From: a virus
Lineage: Duplodnaviria; Heunggongvirae; Uroviricota; Caudoviricetes
Reading direction: 5' to 3' (one strand)
IMG/VR virus record: IMGVR_UViG_2703718791_000011
DNA: 54,822 nt
The notes under the pieces are model-generated. The model did no database searches. It saw nothing but the letters and a program-made list of their open reading frames with translations, and was not told where the DNA came from. The position numbers and the translations under genes were made by a program. This document shows positions 44,026 to 54,089 of the stretch, piece after piece (the stretch's first letter is position 1; every line of letters begins with the position of its first letter).

Positions 44026-44060
44026 ACAGGCCCCTGTTAATACAGGGGATTTTTATTTCT
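44026..44060 (+). terminator. Rho-independent terminator (CAGGCCCCTGT-TAATA-CAGGGGAT then T-run)
   Basis: Hairpin plus T-tract directly after ssb. Confidence 0.6.
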
Positions 44061-44238
44061 AGTAACTATAAGAGGTGTTAATTATTAATTGACAATCTTT
44101 AGTGTTTCGCGCACCTTGCAAGTATCCAATATTTACTGATTGTGGACGCATAAAGAAGATCCACAGCGTTACAAATTTGTATTTCTTTCTTCAGCAATTA
44201 AGCAGGCGACTTGCTCTATCCTGCCCAAAGGAACACGT

Positions 44239-45594
44239 ATGACACACTGCAAAGAAAATACTTGGTATGAGCGTCAAGGGTACAATACCACCCGCCCGAA
44301 TGAGATAAGGTCGGAGTATGAACGTGATCTTTCCCGGTTAATCCACTCTTCCGCTTTTAGGAGATTACAATCGAAGACGCAGGTGTTGGGATTGGGCGAA
44401 AGCGATTTCTACCGTACGCGGCTAACTCACTCTATGGAAGTAGCGCAAATTGGCGGCGGTATCTTGTCTCAGTTGTCTAAGCGCGATACAGATGAGGGGG
44501 GTAAATTCTTACCTGACCCAAGCCTGATGCAGGCTATCTGCCTTGCTCATGATATAGGACATCCCCCCTTCGGTCATGGTGGTGAGGTCGCACTAAACTA
44601 CTGCATGAGATCCTATGGCGGCTTTGAAGGTAACGGGCAGACACTGCGTATACTCTCCAAACTGGATAAGTACACCGAAACCAATGGGCTGGATCCCACC
44701 CGTAGACTTATTTTAGGCGTACTGAAATATCCAGCAAGCTATTCAGAGGTCGTCAATGAGAGGGCTTACAGCCAGTTACAGCCAAGAAGCAATGAGTGGT
44801 TGTTTAAATCATCCGAATTTAAGCCCCCGAAATGTTACCTGGACTCTGAGGAGAACACTGTTAGATTCGCACTCCAACCTTTTGATAGTGATGATGTTAA
44901 GTTATTCAAAACGGTAAAAACTACCGCGTTGAATAAGCACAAGGAAACAATATATAAAGCACTGGATACAACGATTATGGACTTGGCTGATGAGATATCC
45001 TACTCACTCCATGATCTTGAAGACGCAATTTCTCTGAAGATGATCGACAAAAAAATGTGGGAGGAGCACTTCGAGGACAAATCCCATTTATTTGCAGCTT
45101 GCCAATGCGACTCGTTTAATCTAAAAGCCGATGATGTAGCTGAAAAACTGTTCGGCGAAAGTTATCTACGCAAGGAGTGCATAGGGACACTTGTTCATCT
45201 GATGATCACTAGCGTTAAGCTTGAAGTGCAGAACTCTGATTTCAAAAGTAAAATTTTACGCTATAAAGTAGCACTTCCTGCCGCGGTAGAAGAGTTACGT
45301 AAAGCCATTTTTGAGCTGGTTAGGAACAAAGTTATTCAGCACGAAAACGTCCAACTATTAGAGTTCAAAGGTCAGAAACTGATTGTGGAACTATTCAATG
45401 TACTGGCAAATGACCCAATACGTTTTCTCCCGACAGAAACTCGAAAGAAATATAATCAAGAGGAAGCAAAAGGTGATGATAAAAAAATGCGCGTCATTTG
45501 CGACTATGTTTCAGGCATGACAGATGATTACGCTACTCGACTGTATGAGAAAATATTTGTACCGAGAAAAGGCTCTATTTTTGATAGACTCTGA
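44239..45594 (+). CDS. Dgt-family deoxyguanosine triphosphate triphosphohydrolase (HD domain)
   Basis: HD-domain motifs THSMEVAQIG and HDIGHPPFGHGGE; start chosen at MTHCKENTWYER with AAAGGAA RBS; AT-rich island. Confidence 0.8.
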   Translation: MTHCKENTWYERQGYNTTRPNEIRSEYERDLSRLIHSSAFRRLQSKTQVLGLGESDFYRTRLTHSMEVAQIGGGILSQLSKRDTDEGGKFLPDPSLMQAICLAHDIGHPPFGHGGEVALNYCMRSYGGFEGNGQTLRILSKLDKYTETNGLDPTRRLILGVLKYPASYSEVVNERAYSQLQPRSNEWLFKSSEFKPPKCYLDSEENTVRFALQPFDSDDVKLFKTVKTTALNKHKETIYKALDTTIMDLADEISYSLHDLEDAISLKMIDKKMWEEHFEDKSHLFAACQCDSFNLKADDVAEKLFGESYLRKECIGTLVHLMITSVKLEVQNSDFKSKILRYKVALPAAVEELRKAIFELVRNKVIQHENVQLLEFKGQKLIVELFNVLANDPIRFLPTETRKKYNQEEAKGDDKKMRVICDYVSGMTDDYATRLYEKIFVPRKGSIFDRL

Positions 45595-45759
45595 TTTTTT
45601 TCTATTATATAGTACGTAGCCGGGTTCCAGAACCGCATAAAATTAGATCTGGATATAATTCATTTAATTATCTGTTATATGCCAAACATAACGATATATA
45701 ATAGTGGATTAGATGTTACAACTTGACGCAGAATAAATAGCTTTTATTGGCGCATGATG

Positions 45760-45790
45760 CAAACCCCGCAATGAAGCGGGGTTTTAACTG
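45760..45790. terminator. Bidirectional terminator hairpin (AACCCCGC-AATGAA-GCGGGGTT) between convergent genes
   Basis: Inverted repeat with flanking A/T runs. Confidence 0.55.
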
Positions 45791-45801
45791 TGGTAAATGA
45801 G

Positions 45802-46170
45802 TTATAATCTTTTAATCAGGCTCTCAATATTAGTTGGTTCAAAGTAATGCTTATTAACCTCTCCATTTATGAGGAAACCGTCTTTTAGTAGTCGGTCTAG
45901 CTCACGCTCTGCTTCTTTGTTGAACATACCTGGATATATTCTCTTGTACAACTGAAACGTACCATTCATATTCCTGTAAGCATTCTCAGCAATTTCAATG
46001 GAGATTTCATTTCCGGCGTTAAATACAGGAATGAATATCTCAAGAATATCATTCTTTAACTTCTGTTTAAGTTTCTTTTTTTCAACAATATTAGAATAAA
46101 AGATACCTAAAAAAAATGTGCAGATACCAGGAAGCCAATTATTAACGAAAACCTCAGACAAAGCGTCCAC
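45802..46170 (-). CDS. Hypothetical AT-rich orphan protein (122 aa, N-terminal hydrophobic segment)
   Basis: ORF track. Confidence 0.4.
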   Translation of the reverse strand: MDALSEVFVNNWLPGICTFFLGIFYSNIVEKKKLKQKLKNDILEIFIPVFNAGNEISIEIAENAYRNMNGTFQLYKRIYPGMFNKEAERELDRLLKDGFLINGEVNKHYFEPTNIESLIKRL

Positions 46171-46376
46171 TATCTTACTCCAGAGTTAAGATTGATTCTC
46201 ATAACGCACAAACTCCGTTCAAGGCGATTTTTATATTACAAACTATACATAAACGCTGATCAATATCTCCAGATTTTGTGTGCCTGTGCATGAATATGCA
46301 CTAATCATAATCGACCAGAACTTCCGTTAATCGCTAAACTCGAACGATTCTAGCCACATAGACGATCTGTTAGTAT

Positions 46377-46685
46377 CTAATATACAAACTGATCCACATG
46401 ATCACCCAAATCATCGTCGTCGTCCTCATCGCCACCATCTACTGCTGGCCAATCAACAAACCAGCCAGCGTAAAGATGCAGCGTTCGGAGAACATCACTT
46501 GCGGGAGCATCAAGGGTGTTAACGAATCCCATATAGCTATTGGGATTTGCTCCAGCTATGGCTTCAGCGATCATGTCCTCGGTAATGTCACCGGAGATAA
46601 TGCTTAAACGCCCGGAAACTTCTTCATTATCATCAAATTCGATAATGGCATCTCCACCTAATGGCGCTGCGATTTTAATCTGCAT
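46377..46685 (-). CDS. Acidic hypothetical protein, distal gene of the darA-type operon
   Basis: ORF track; start overlaps the stop of the upstream 995-aa gene. Confidence 0.45.
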   Translation of the reverse strand: MQIKIAAPLGGDAIIEFDDNEEVSGRLSIISGDITEDMIAEAIAGANPNSYMGFVNTLDAPASDVLRTLHLYAGWFVDWPAVDGGDEDDDDDLGDHVDQFVY

Positions 46686-49662
46686 TATTTAGCTCCTTTG
46701 CCACACCTAATAACAGTTCCAGCAATCCGTCACCATTCATCAGTGATGCGGCAGCGGCCTCTTTGTCATGATACAACTGAAGAGCCATAGAGAATACTTC
46801 CGTTGCTGACGTTTTGGAAATAGTCGGTGATTTCTGCCGAATTTTCCCGGTGTTACTTACTGAGGCTGGCGGGTATACCTTCGCCATATAAATATTACTC
46901 AATCGAGATCTGAAGCACCATTCAGGCTTGCCACGCCCACCGATATTGACGAAAGATGGCTTATCCCCTTCAACATTGGCCTTCAGGAATGACCGGGCTT
47001 TCTCTAACAAACCAGGGTTACTGTACTCAAGATGATGACCCAGCTCGTGCCACAGTGCACTTGCATTTTCATCGTTCAAATTGACAGCAACAACACCATT
47101 TAGATTTGCATATGCCCTTCCCTGGTGGTGAACTACCTTTGATAAGGTCGATATTTTCCCGCCGGTCAGGCGATAAATATCAGCAAGTTCCTTGCGCAGG
47201 TCTATCCCACCATTCTGTCCAGCGCGGGCTTCTTCCACTTCTTCTGTGATAAAAGAGTCGGCCCACTCAAGAGCTTTTTCTTCAGATACGGATGAGTTTG
47301 CGATCGCACTGTTCATGGCAGATAACACTTTCTCGTGGACCGAACCCATACTTCGCTGATTCATTTGCCAGCGTGTCTGCGGGTTATATGAGAATCGCTT
47401 AAGTAGTTGGTCAAGCTGCTCAAGTTCTTCTTCACTGACATACTTTTTAGCCTCACCAATAATGCCAGGGAGAATATTGCCGTTAGGATTAAACGCTCGC
47501 GAAAGGAAGAGTTTCAGCGCCCCCATGCCCTCCGATGCTTCAATATCACCAATAACCCGGTTAACAATGGCCGCACTCTTCGGATTAGCATCCGCCAACG
47601 CTCTGGCTACAATTTGCAGGGACGATACGACCTCACGCTGCATATCCGTCCTGATCTCATCAATAAACTCTGGCGTTATGCCGTGCTCTTTAAGGATATC
47701 CCTGCCTTCCGCCGTTACCCCATCGATATCTCCGACATGTTTATTAACCCGACTTTGCAATGCCTTAAATGCCTTCAGAATTCCACGGGAATCATCCGCT
47801 TTACTAACGGCCTTCCTGAATGCTGGCAAGAAGTCTGAGTTAACCTCATTTTGTTGATCGGCCCACTGAATGGAGGCTTCTTTCATCTCGTCCAGAGTCA
47901 GATCACCCAACGCGGTATGGTCTGTGAATATGAGCGACAACCTCTGAACCATTTCTGCCAATGGTGATGCCGAATGCGCCGCGCTAAGGAATGCTTTCAC
48001 CCTGGTTGGGCGAATGGAAAACCAGTCAATAGCTGGTGGCATATCTCCGTTTTGTATCGCCTGCGCTATCTCATCAAAGCCGTCGCGCCCAAGGGAGGAT
48101 GCGTGATTTAACAATCCGCGAAGTAACGAATTGCTGATACCGAATAATCGGCACCATTTATTCACGTCGGCAACAGGCATTCGAACAAAATGCGCAAGCA
48201 CTTGTACAAGCTGTTCATCCTGGGGATCTGTGCGGGAAAGCAGCCTGATCAGATGAATAATGTCTTTGATGCCGGATGCCCGATGTAATAGCAAACTGGT
48301 ATACGGAGCAACACCGTTGTAACTACCGCCGGAAACGGACTCGAAAAGACCGCCGGATATCCCTTGCATGCCTTCGTTTTCCAGTTCCTGAGACACCTGG
48401 CGAAGGATATCCTGTAACGACACATCGCCGCCGCCAAACATATCCCCGAGCGCCTGGCCCTGGTGCTGTAACTCATCATTGATACGTTGCGCCATCAACT
48501 TAAAGGCGGTGGCCATACGCTTCGCGCTACGGTTATTCGCGACGATGAACAACGCGAGTGCTTTCACTTCCGGGGCCGTTTCGCTGAACATATCCCCCTG
48601 AGCAATAACATCGGTAATATGCTGGCCTGACTCCTTCGATTGCCTTACCAGGTCTACCGCATCTTTCAATGCCGCCAGCGCCTTTTTATCGAGGCTATCC
48701 GCTGTCTCAATGCCATCAACAATAGTTGTCACAGCCTGCTTGTGCGCTTCTCCTGACAAAGCCTGCATCTGGACAAAATCATTGGCTGCCGCATTAAGCG
48801 CCGTCAGAACATTACGCATATCCGGATCAGGTTCTTCTGCAACCATCCTTACCAGGCGCGCATCCTTATATGCCTTGGCAAAGATCGCGTTTTGTATACG
48901 GTCTACAAGTTGCCGTGTTGGTCGCCCATCTTCAGTTACAAGGCCAGCCGCCTGTGTGGCACCAACTTGCGTCATAAATCCGCGAATAAACGCGTCATTA
49001 CTGCGGCTAAGCAGATCTCCGCTTTCTGACGGGTTAAAAAGCGCCATCATCGCCGGTGTTATGCTGTCGGCATCAACAAAAGCCTTTTCACTGGCTGCCA
49101 TTTCCTGAAGATCAGAAATATTTGAGTCCTTGGCAAACTGAACGCGGTCAACCTTAGTTAACCGGCGGCGCACCAGTACCGGAGCCGTCATTGATTCAAC
49201 CTTTTCAGGTCGTATGCCGAATTCGGTCGCATGATCAATCAGGTACTCACGATACCGATCCGCATTGCCGTCCTGATAGGCTTTAATGATCCCCATGGTC
49301 CGTCCATTACCTGACTCAACGGCATTGTCCTCACCAATTATCGGCGCGCCATGGCTGGATAGACCGGAATCGGTAAGCTGAGCAGGCCGCAAATCCTTGG
49401 ATATCTGGTTAACCTGAAGAAGGCTGGATGCGCGGGTCCGGTCGCGCGGTTGAAGTTCCTGGGGATAGTCAGGATTAATTTTCCCATCCAGAGTATTGGA
49501 TACCAAAAGAGCTGAGGCATCGACGATATCAAACGCTGTTTTTACCTCGTCTCCCTTCGCTGTCACCACATACGAAACCCGCCCATAATCGGGCAAGTTC
49601 TTTAGCAGCTCGATCAGCGTTTCTATGCTGGTGGCCATTACCACCTGATCGCTTAAGCTCAT
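46675..49662 (-). CDS. ddrB: DdrB-like large antirestriction/head-associated protein (995 aa)
   Basis: Size and position downstream of darA/ddrA, as I recall the P1 darA operon. Confidence 0.6.
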   Translation of the reverse strand: MSLSDQVVMATSIETLIELLKNLPDYGRVSYVVTAKGDEVKTAFDIVDASALLVSNTLDGKINPDYPQELQPRDRTRASSLLQVNQISKDLRPAQLTDSGLSSHGAPIIGEDNAVESGNGRTMGIIKAYQDGNADRYREYLIDHATEFGIRPEKVESMTAPVLVRRRLTKVDRVQFAKDSNISDLQEMAASEKAFVDADSITPAMMALFNPSESGDLLSRSNDAFIRGFMTQVGATQAAGLVTEDGRPTRQLVDRIQNAIFAKAYKDARLVRMVAEEPDPDMRNVLTALNAAANDFVQMQALSGEAHKQAVTTIVDGIETADSLDKKALAALKDAVDLVRQSKESGQHITDVIAQGDMFSETAPEVKALALFIVANNRSAKRMATAFKLMAQRINDELQHQGQALGDMFGGGDVSLQDILRQVSQELENEGMQGISGGLFESVSGGSYNGVAPYTSLLLHRASGIKDIIHLIRLLSRTDPQDEQLVQVLAHFVRMPVADVNKWCRLFGISNSLLRGLLNHASSLGRDGFDEIAQAIQNGDMPPAIDWFSIRPTRVKAFLSAAHSASPLAEMVQRLSLIFTDHTALGDLTLDEMKEASIQWADQQNEVNSDFLPAFRKAVSKADDSRGILKAFKALQSRVNKHVGDIDGVTAEGRDILKEHGITPEFIDEIRTDMQREVVSSLQIVARALADANPKSAAIVNRVIGDIEASEGMGALKLFLSRAFNPNGNILPGIIGEAKKYVSEEELEQLDQLLKRFSYNPQTRWQMNQRSMGSVHEKVLSAMNSAIANSSVSEEKALEWADSFITEEVEEARAGQNGGIDLRKELADIYRLTGGKISTLSKVVHHQGRAYANLNGVVAVNLNDENASALWHELGHHLEYSNPGLLEKARSFLKANVEGDKPSFVNIGGRGKPEWCFRSRLSNIYMAKVYPPASVSNTGKIRQKSPTISKTSATEVFSMALQLYHDKEAAAASLMNGDGLLELLLGVAKELNNAD

Positions 49663-49674
49663 CCCTGTTACGCC

Positions 49675-50040
49675 TTATGCTGCCTCTTTAATGTTGGCGG
49701 CTATCCATGCCGCCGTGTGCTGTTTAACCTGGTCCAGGTCGATGTATGTGCCAACATATTGACTCAAATCCTGCAAGGTACCGATAAATGCATCGGTGCT
49801 CTGATCGACGAATTTATCAGCCAGGAAATCAGCAACCAGTTTTGGCACACCATCATGTTCCGAAGGTTGTTTTTCCTCGCCACTACCACCGCCGGACGCG
49901 CCGTACCCCATCTGTTGCATGATCTGGTCGATTTCATCGCTGATATCCAGCAACTCCATGCCACTCGCGGTAGCCGCTTTGGACATCAGAGCATCCAACT
50001 TATCGCTGAGATCCATTAACTCAATAGCTGATAGTGTCAT
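49675..50040 (-). CDS. ddrA: DdrA-like protein (121 aa)
   Basis: Synteny and size. Confidence 0.55.
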   Translation of the reverse strand: MTLSAIELMDLSDKLDALMSKAATASGMELLDISDEIDQIMQQMGYGASGGGSGEEKQPSEHDGVPKLVADFLADKFVDQSTDAFIGTLQDLSQYVGTYIDLDQVKQHTAAWIAANIKEAA

Positions 50041-51956
50041 GCCGCTACCCCCGCTTTCTGGATTGCTACCAGCAGATCAGCCAGGTGGCGAGCAGCGCCA
50101 TTAACCAGCTCTTCGTTTTCCTCAAAACGCCCGGCAGCCTGAAGGGCTGCAATCGCTTCCCGGACATTGCCCCGGGCGTTACGGATCTCCGCCATGTCAG
50201 TGCTTTGCATATCCATCACGTTATTGAGATATTCAATGGCTTTATTAGCCTCTGCATCTGCTTCGCTAACCGTTTCATCAGGCTGTGCCGGGGCAGGTTC
50301 TGGCTGAGTAATCTCACCGACTTCGGCCTGCAATGCATTGATCATGCTCTGCACCATTTTCTCGGTGCCAGCGCCCCCCGGATACGCAATATTGGGGAAA
50401 GTTTTTTGAAACTGAGTTTTCAGCATTACGCGGAACTCGTCTGGTGAGCTGGTGGCCAGCTCCAGAGCTTTTTGTGCATATTTGCCAAACGGACCATTAG
50501 TAAGTGTCTTCGCCAAGAAGTCGAAAGAATCCTCGCGAGGCAATAACTTCAGGTCGTACTCACTCATTTGCTGATCAGAAAGCGGGGTATCGTAAGTAGC
50601 AATGCCGTAGCGTGCATATTCATAATATGGGTCACCTTCATCAGGGCGCGGCAGAATTGCTTTGTTACCTTCAGGTATTGCGCCAGGGGCCGCCGGACGC
50701 ATTTGCAGGGCATATCGATATGCACCTACAGAGACTTCTGGTTCAGGCGAAGAGCTACCGGTATCCTCCGCTGGTTCAGGTTCGACGTTTTCCGGTTTAT
50801 GTTCTTCTGGTTGGACCAGGTATTCCGATACATTACCCGCTTTATAGGCTTTAAACAGCTTGCCGATCGCATCTGCCATGTCCACACCCTGTATGGATTT
50901 AGCCTTGATCATGTACACGCTGCCATCCGAATCGGTTAACTGGATATACCCTTCACCGTCCTCAATGAATTGCTTCATTGATGCACCATTACTGAGCGTC
51001 ACTTCCCCGTTCATATGCATACGATTTTTGATACTTGCAAGGCGATCCGTCATCGCGCGAGAGTGTCCACCAGTCATCCCCGCAGGAGCAATGGTTTCGC
51101 GCCCACCAGTTCGATTGAGCTGATCAATCTCCGTCTGCAAACGCTCATTCTCTTCATAAAGAGAATCCGCTTCCGATGCAACAGCGTTAATTTTCTGCTC
51201 CAGATCTACCTTCTGCCCTTCTACCGCTGCCACCTGATCCGCGAGGTCGCTCATGGCATCCTCTTTCTGGTCACTGTCAGCCTGTAGTTGGGTTATTTCA
51301 TCAACCAGGGCTTTTTTCTTCTTCTGCGCACGCTGGAATTTTGCCGAGTTTTTCTCTGCAAGGTTGGCAAGTTTCATGGTGACCTGCGCCAGCGTCATAT
51401 CACGTCCACTCATCGGAGCAACGGTATGAGTAACGTCTTTTTTATTCAGTAAGAACTGGAAAGCAATCAGCGTATCGCTATTGGTGATCCGGTTTTCCGC
51501 TGTCGGGCTATGAAACAGAATGCTGATAGTCTGACCATCACTGAGCGGAATAATGGCTGGCAGGACCGGCAGCCCGTTAACGTTACGTGCCCGGCCAATT
51601 TCAGCCCCGCCGATCGCGCGTGCACCGTTCTGGGCCACATCCCCCGTTTTATCACTCCCCGCAGAGATTCCGGTACCATTCAGCTTCTGGTTTAATGCCC
51701 GGACAAATGCCTGCATGGTCCGGTGTAACTGCAAACGAGTAGAACTAATCGCCTCCAGTAAATCCGTAGCACACCAGTGGATCGGCGTGTCATAGAAGAA
51801 CGTAGCCTCGATTTCCTCCAGGGTGTTGGATTCCGTCATCAGATAGCGGTCCTCACCGGCCATTAATGCGCGATATTCATCATCAGTCACTGGCGGGGGA
51901 AGCACGTCAAGCCCAGGCTTGATCGTCACCCCTTTATTGATATTGAACTGTTCCAT
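50037..51956 (-). CDS. darA: DarA-like antirestriction protein (639 aa)
   Basis: Synteny and size; coiled-coil central region. Confidence 0.65.
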   Translation of the reverse strand: MEQFNINKGVTIKPGLDVLPPPVTDDEYRALMAGEDRYLMTESNTLEEIEATFFYDTPIHWCATDLLEAISSTRLQLHRTMQAFVRALNQKLNGTGISAGSDKTGDVAQNGARAIGGAEIGRARNVNGLPVLPAIIPLSDGQTISILFHSPTAENRITNSDTLIAFQFLLNKKDVTHTVAPMSGRDMTLAQVTMKLANLAEKNSAKFQRAQKKKKALVDEITQLQADSDQKEDAMSDLADQVAAVEGQKVDLEQKINAVASEADSLYEENERLQTEIDQLNRTGGRETIAPAGMTGGHSRAMTDRLASIKNRMHMNGEVTLSNGASMKQFIEDGEGYIQLTDSDGSVYMIKAKSIQGVDMADAIGKLFKAYKAGNVSEYLVQPEEHKPENVEPEPAEDTGSSSPEPEVSVGAYRYALQMRPAAPGAIPEGNKAILPRPDEGDPYYEYARYGIATYDTPLSDQQMSEYDLKLLPREDSFDFLAKTLTNGPFGKYAQKALELATSSPDEFRVMLKTQFQKTFPNIAYPGGAGTEKMVQSMINALQAEVGEITQPEPAPAQPDETVSEADAEANKAIEYLNNVMDMQSTDMAEIRNARGNVREAIAALQAAGRFEENEELVNGAARHLADLLVAIQKAGVAA

Positions 51957-51957
51957 G

Positions 51958-52569
51958 TTAATTTCCTGCTTTCAGTTGCTTAAGACGGCGTTTGAGTTCG
52001 CCATTTCGGGCCTTTTCGTTATTGAGTCGGCCTGTCTCCTTATCCAGCTTCGCCCGCAAATCAGTGATCTGCTGTTGATTGAAAGACACCGAGTTCTGCG
52101 CTGATTTATAAGCGGCAACCACCTGAGCATTCCGCTGTTTTGCCTCTTGCAGGCGCTGAAAGTTGGATTTTACTGCCGGTTTCTTGTCTACCGGATTGGC
52201 AACACGTTTCGCTTTGGCGATCAGTGATTTCTGGAATTTTGCGGAGTTTTTGCGGGCCGCTTGCCCCATGACGGTACCAAGCGTCTTGATATCCGGCGAC
52301 TGAGCGTTAGGAATAGCTTTTCCATTCAGCCTCACAGACGATATATCGCCAGTATCGTTTACCTGTATGGCAAGAATTTGTCCGTCGTTAAGAACCAGCT
52401 TTGCGGTTTTAACTTTAACGCCATCTTTCGTTGTTGCGCGGTTGCTGGAGTCAACCTCAATTACCGTAACACCGGTTTTATTGATCGCCGCGATAAGGGA
52501 TTTCAGCCCCTTTTCATTAACCTGGTCAAAATCGACCGTTGCATACTTATTTTTCGTCATCTGACACAT
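51958..52569 (-). CDS. Hdf-like protein (203 aa), upstream of darA
   Basis: Synteny; start may be at the internal ATG at 52557. Confidence 0.45.
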   Translation of the reverse strand: MCQMTKNKYATVDFDQVNEKGLKSLIAAINKTGVTVIEVDSSNRATTKDGVKVKTAKLVLNDGQILAIQVNDTGDISSVRLNGKAIPNAQSPDIKTLGTVMGQAARKNSAKFQKSLIAKAKRVANPVDKKPAVKSNFQRLQEAKQRNAQVVAAYKSAQNSVSFNQQQITDLRAKLDKETGRLNNEKARNGELKRRLKQLKAGN

Positions 52570-52990
52570 CCTGTGCGAGATTTATTACGTAACTTCTGCG
52601 GATTTGCTGAGTAACAGGGAAAATCCGATACAACGGGTTAATGAACGAGTCGCCATGCGTAACCATGACGTTGAAATGCCACAGTCGCTCTCCTTTACCC
52701 ATATATTCAGTGGGTATGTACAACCATTCACTGTTTTCGCCCTGTTCAGCCGACGTCAAACAACGTTGTTCGCCTTCAATCACTGTCGTCGGCTTCTGAA
52801 CATCGCGGATCCAATATCTGACCGTTGCGCCGCGCAAAAACGGGAATTTAGACCGGTATTTGAACGGCACCCGGATGAAACCCGGTTTAATTTCCACATC
52901 ACCAAGTTCTAAATGCGTGATGTCCTTGCGTTTTAGCAAATAGCGATCGGCTAAGGCTAACGCAAGAACGCATACACCCCAGCCAATCAT
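52547..52990 (-). CDS. LydB-like lysis regulator (147 aa)
   Basis: Synteny, overlapping starts/stops. Confidence 0.45.
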   Translation of the reverse strand: MIGWGVCVLALALADRYLLKRKDITHLELGDVEIKPGFIRVPFKYRSKFPFLRGATVRYWIRDVQKPTTVIEGEQRCLTSAEQGENSEWLYIPTEYMGKGERLWHFNVMVTHGDSFINPLYRIFPVTQQIRRSYVINLAQDVSDDEK

Positions 52991-53316
52991 TTCCCGCCTC
53001 CCTTTTTCACCAAACTTGTAAGAACATTCAGAATGCTATCGATATTCACTCGTTTCATCCCTGAAATCACCTCATGACCGTTATTGCTGGCTATCGTTAC
53101 CATTAAGTACGTAATTGATAACTCCCAGCCCTCGTGTTGCCCCAATAGGTACGCCACCGCGCCAGCTGTCACTGCAACAAAGATCTCCGTAACCAATCCC
53201 AACAAATTGCCAGACTGGCGACCGTCTCGGACATCCATCAGGAACGTGCCTATCCCACCAATTACTGAAAGCAGGAGCGCAATAGCAACTGGAGCTAATT
53301 CCTGTGTGTCAAGCAC
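52987..53316 (-). CDS. LydA-like holin (109 aa, multiple transmembrane segments)
   Basis: Hydrophobic segments LAPVAIALLLSVIGGIGTFL and IFVAVTAGAVAYLL. Confidence 0.55.
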   Translation of the reverse strand: MLDTQELAPVAIALLLSVIGGIGTFLMDVRDGRQSGNLLGLVTEIFVAVTAGAVAYLLGQHEGWELSITYLMVTIASNNGHEVISGMKRVNIDSILNVLTSLVKKGGGK

Positions 53317-53390
53317 AAGTTCCCTCCTACGTTGTCAGGAGGTAATGGTATGCAAAGTAACTTCTCAACCGGTTATGTTGCATAAGAGAC

Positions 53391-53654
53391 TTACCTATTC
53401 AACCGACTTTTGGAACCTTCAATAATAAGCCTGCTATTGGCGCTGAAAATAAGAACCATGCAGCTCTGAAGGCTTTCATTCATGTCCTTATATTCCGCGA
53501 GATACATGCCAATAAAGCCAGCAAGTACGGCGGAAATACATTCGGCCAGCAATTTCTTGCATGAAGACTCGTAACGGTTTTCACATAGCCCACTCAAATA
53601 CGAATACACCCCACCAAGAAGGGATAACATCACGATATGTACATAAAATGTCAT
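53391..53654 (-). CDS. Small membrane protein (87 aa), holin-like
   Basis: ORF track; two hydrophobic segments. Confidence 0.4.
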   Translation of the reverse strand: MTFYVHIVMLSLLGGVYSYLSGLCENRYESSCKKLLAECISAVLAGFIGMYLAEYKDMNESLQSCMVLIFSANSRLIIEGSKSRLNR

Positions 53655-53781
53655 TTTTTACCTATACAACAGTAAGTTGAACAACATTTGAGAACGGTAT
53701 GCACTTTGTGATTTCCACACACACTGGTTTTGTTAATTAAAACCTGTAGCTTGCAATAAATAACGATAGTGGGCAGAAAAT

Positions 53782-53966
53782 ATGCTAATAGGCTATGTAC
53801 GCATATAGACAAATGAACAAAACACAGCTATGCAGTGAAAAGCACTTGAAAGCGCAGGATGTGAGCTAATTTTTGCGAATAAGGCGAGCAGCAAAAAAGC
53901 TGGGCACCCTGGGTTAAAAAAGGTTCTGCGTATGCTTTCCAGAGGTGATACCCTAGTCTCGGACTA
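53782..53966 (+). pseudogene. Degraded N-terminal fragment of a Cin/Hin/Gin-family serine invertase (MLIGYVRI*TNEQNTAMQ*KALESAGCELIF...RGDTLV) with in-frame stops
   Basis: Own translation; matches the conserved invertase N-terminus MLIGYVRVSTN-QN--LQRNAL with two nonsense codons. Confidence 0.6.
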
Positions 53967-54089
53967 GGGACAACATTTCGAGAACAGTTTTCATTAGCGG
54001 TCAGCAGGCGCTAGATACATCGAATTGATGTGCCGCGCGATAAATGTACCTATTCTATCAAGATAAATTACACCGACGCGGCATTAGAA

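Noticed and set aside
46377-46685. Assigning the 102-aa acidic ORF downstream of ddrB as hxr
   Set aside because: The protein shows no helix-turn-helix-like segment expected of an Xre homologue, so it is left unnamed.
46398-51795. Plus-strand ORFs antisense to the ddrB/darA genes (for example 47407-47857, 50568-50939, 51510-51795)
   Set aside because: Antisense to long minus-strand genes with coherent operon structure; no RBS support.
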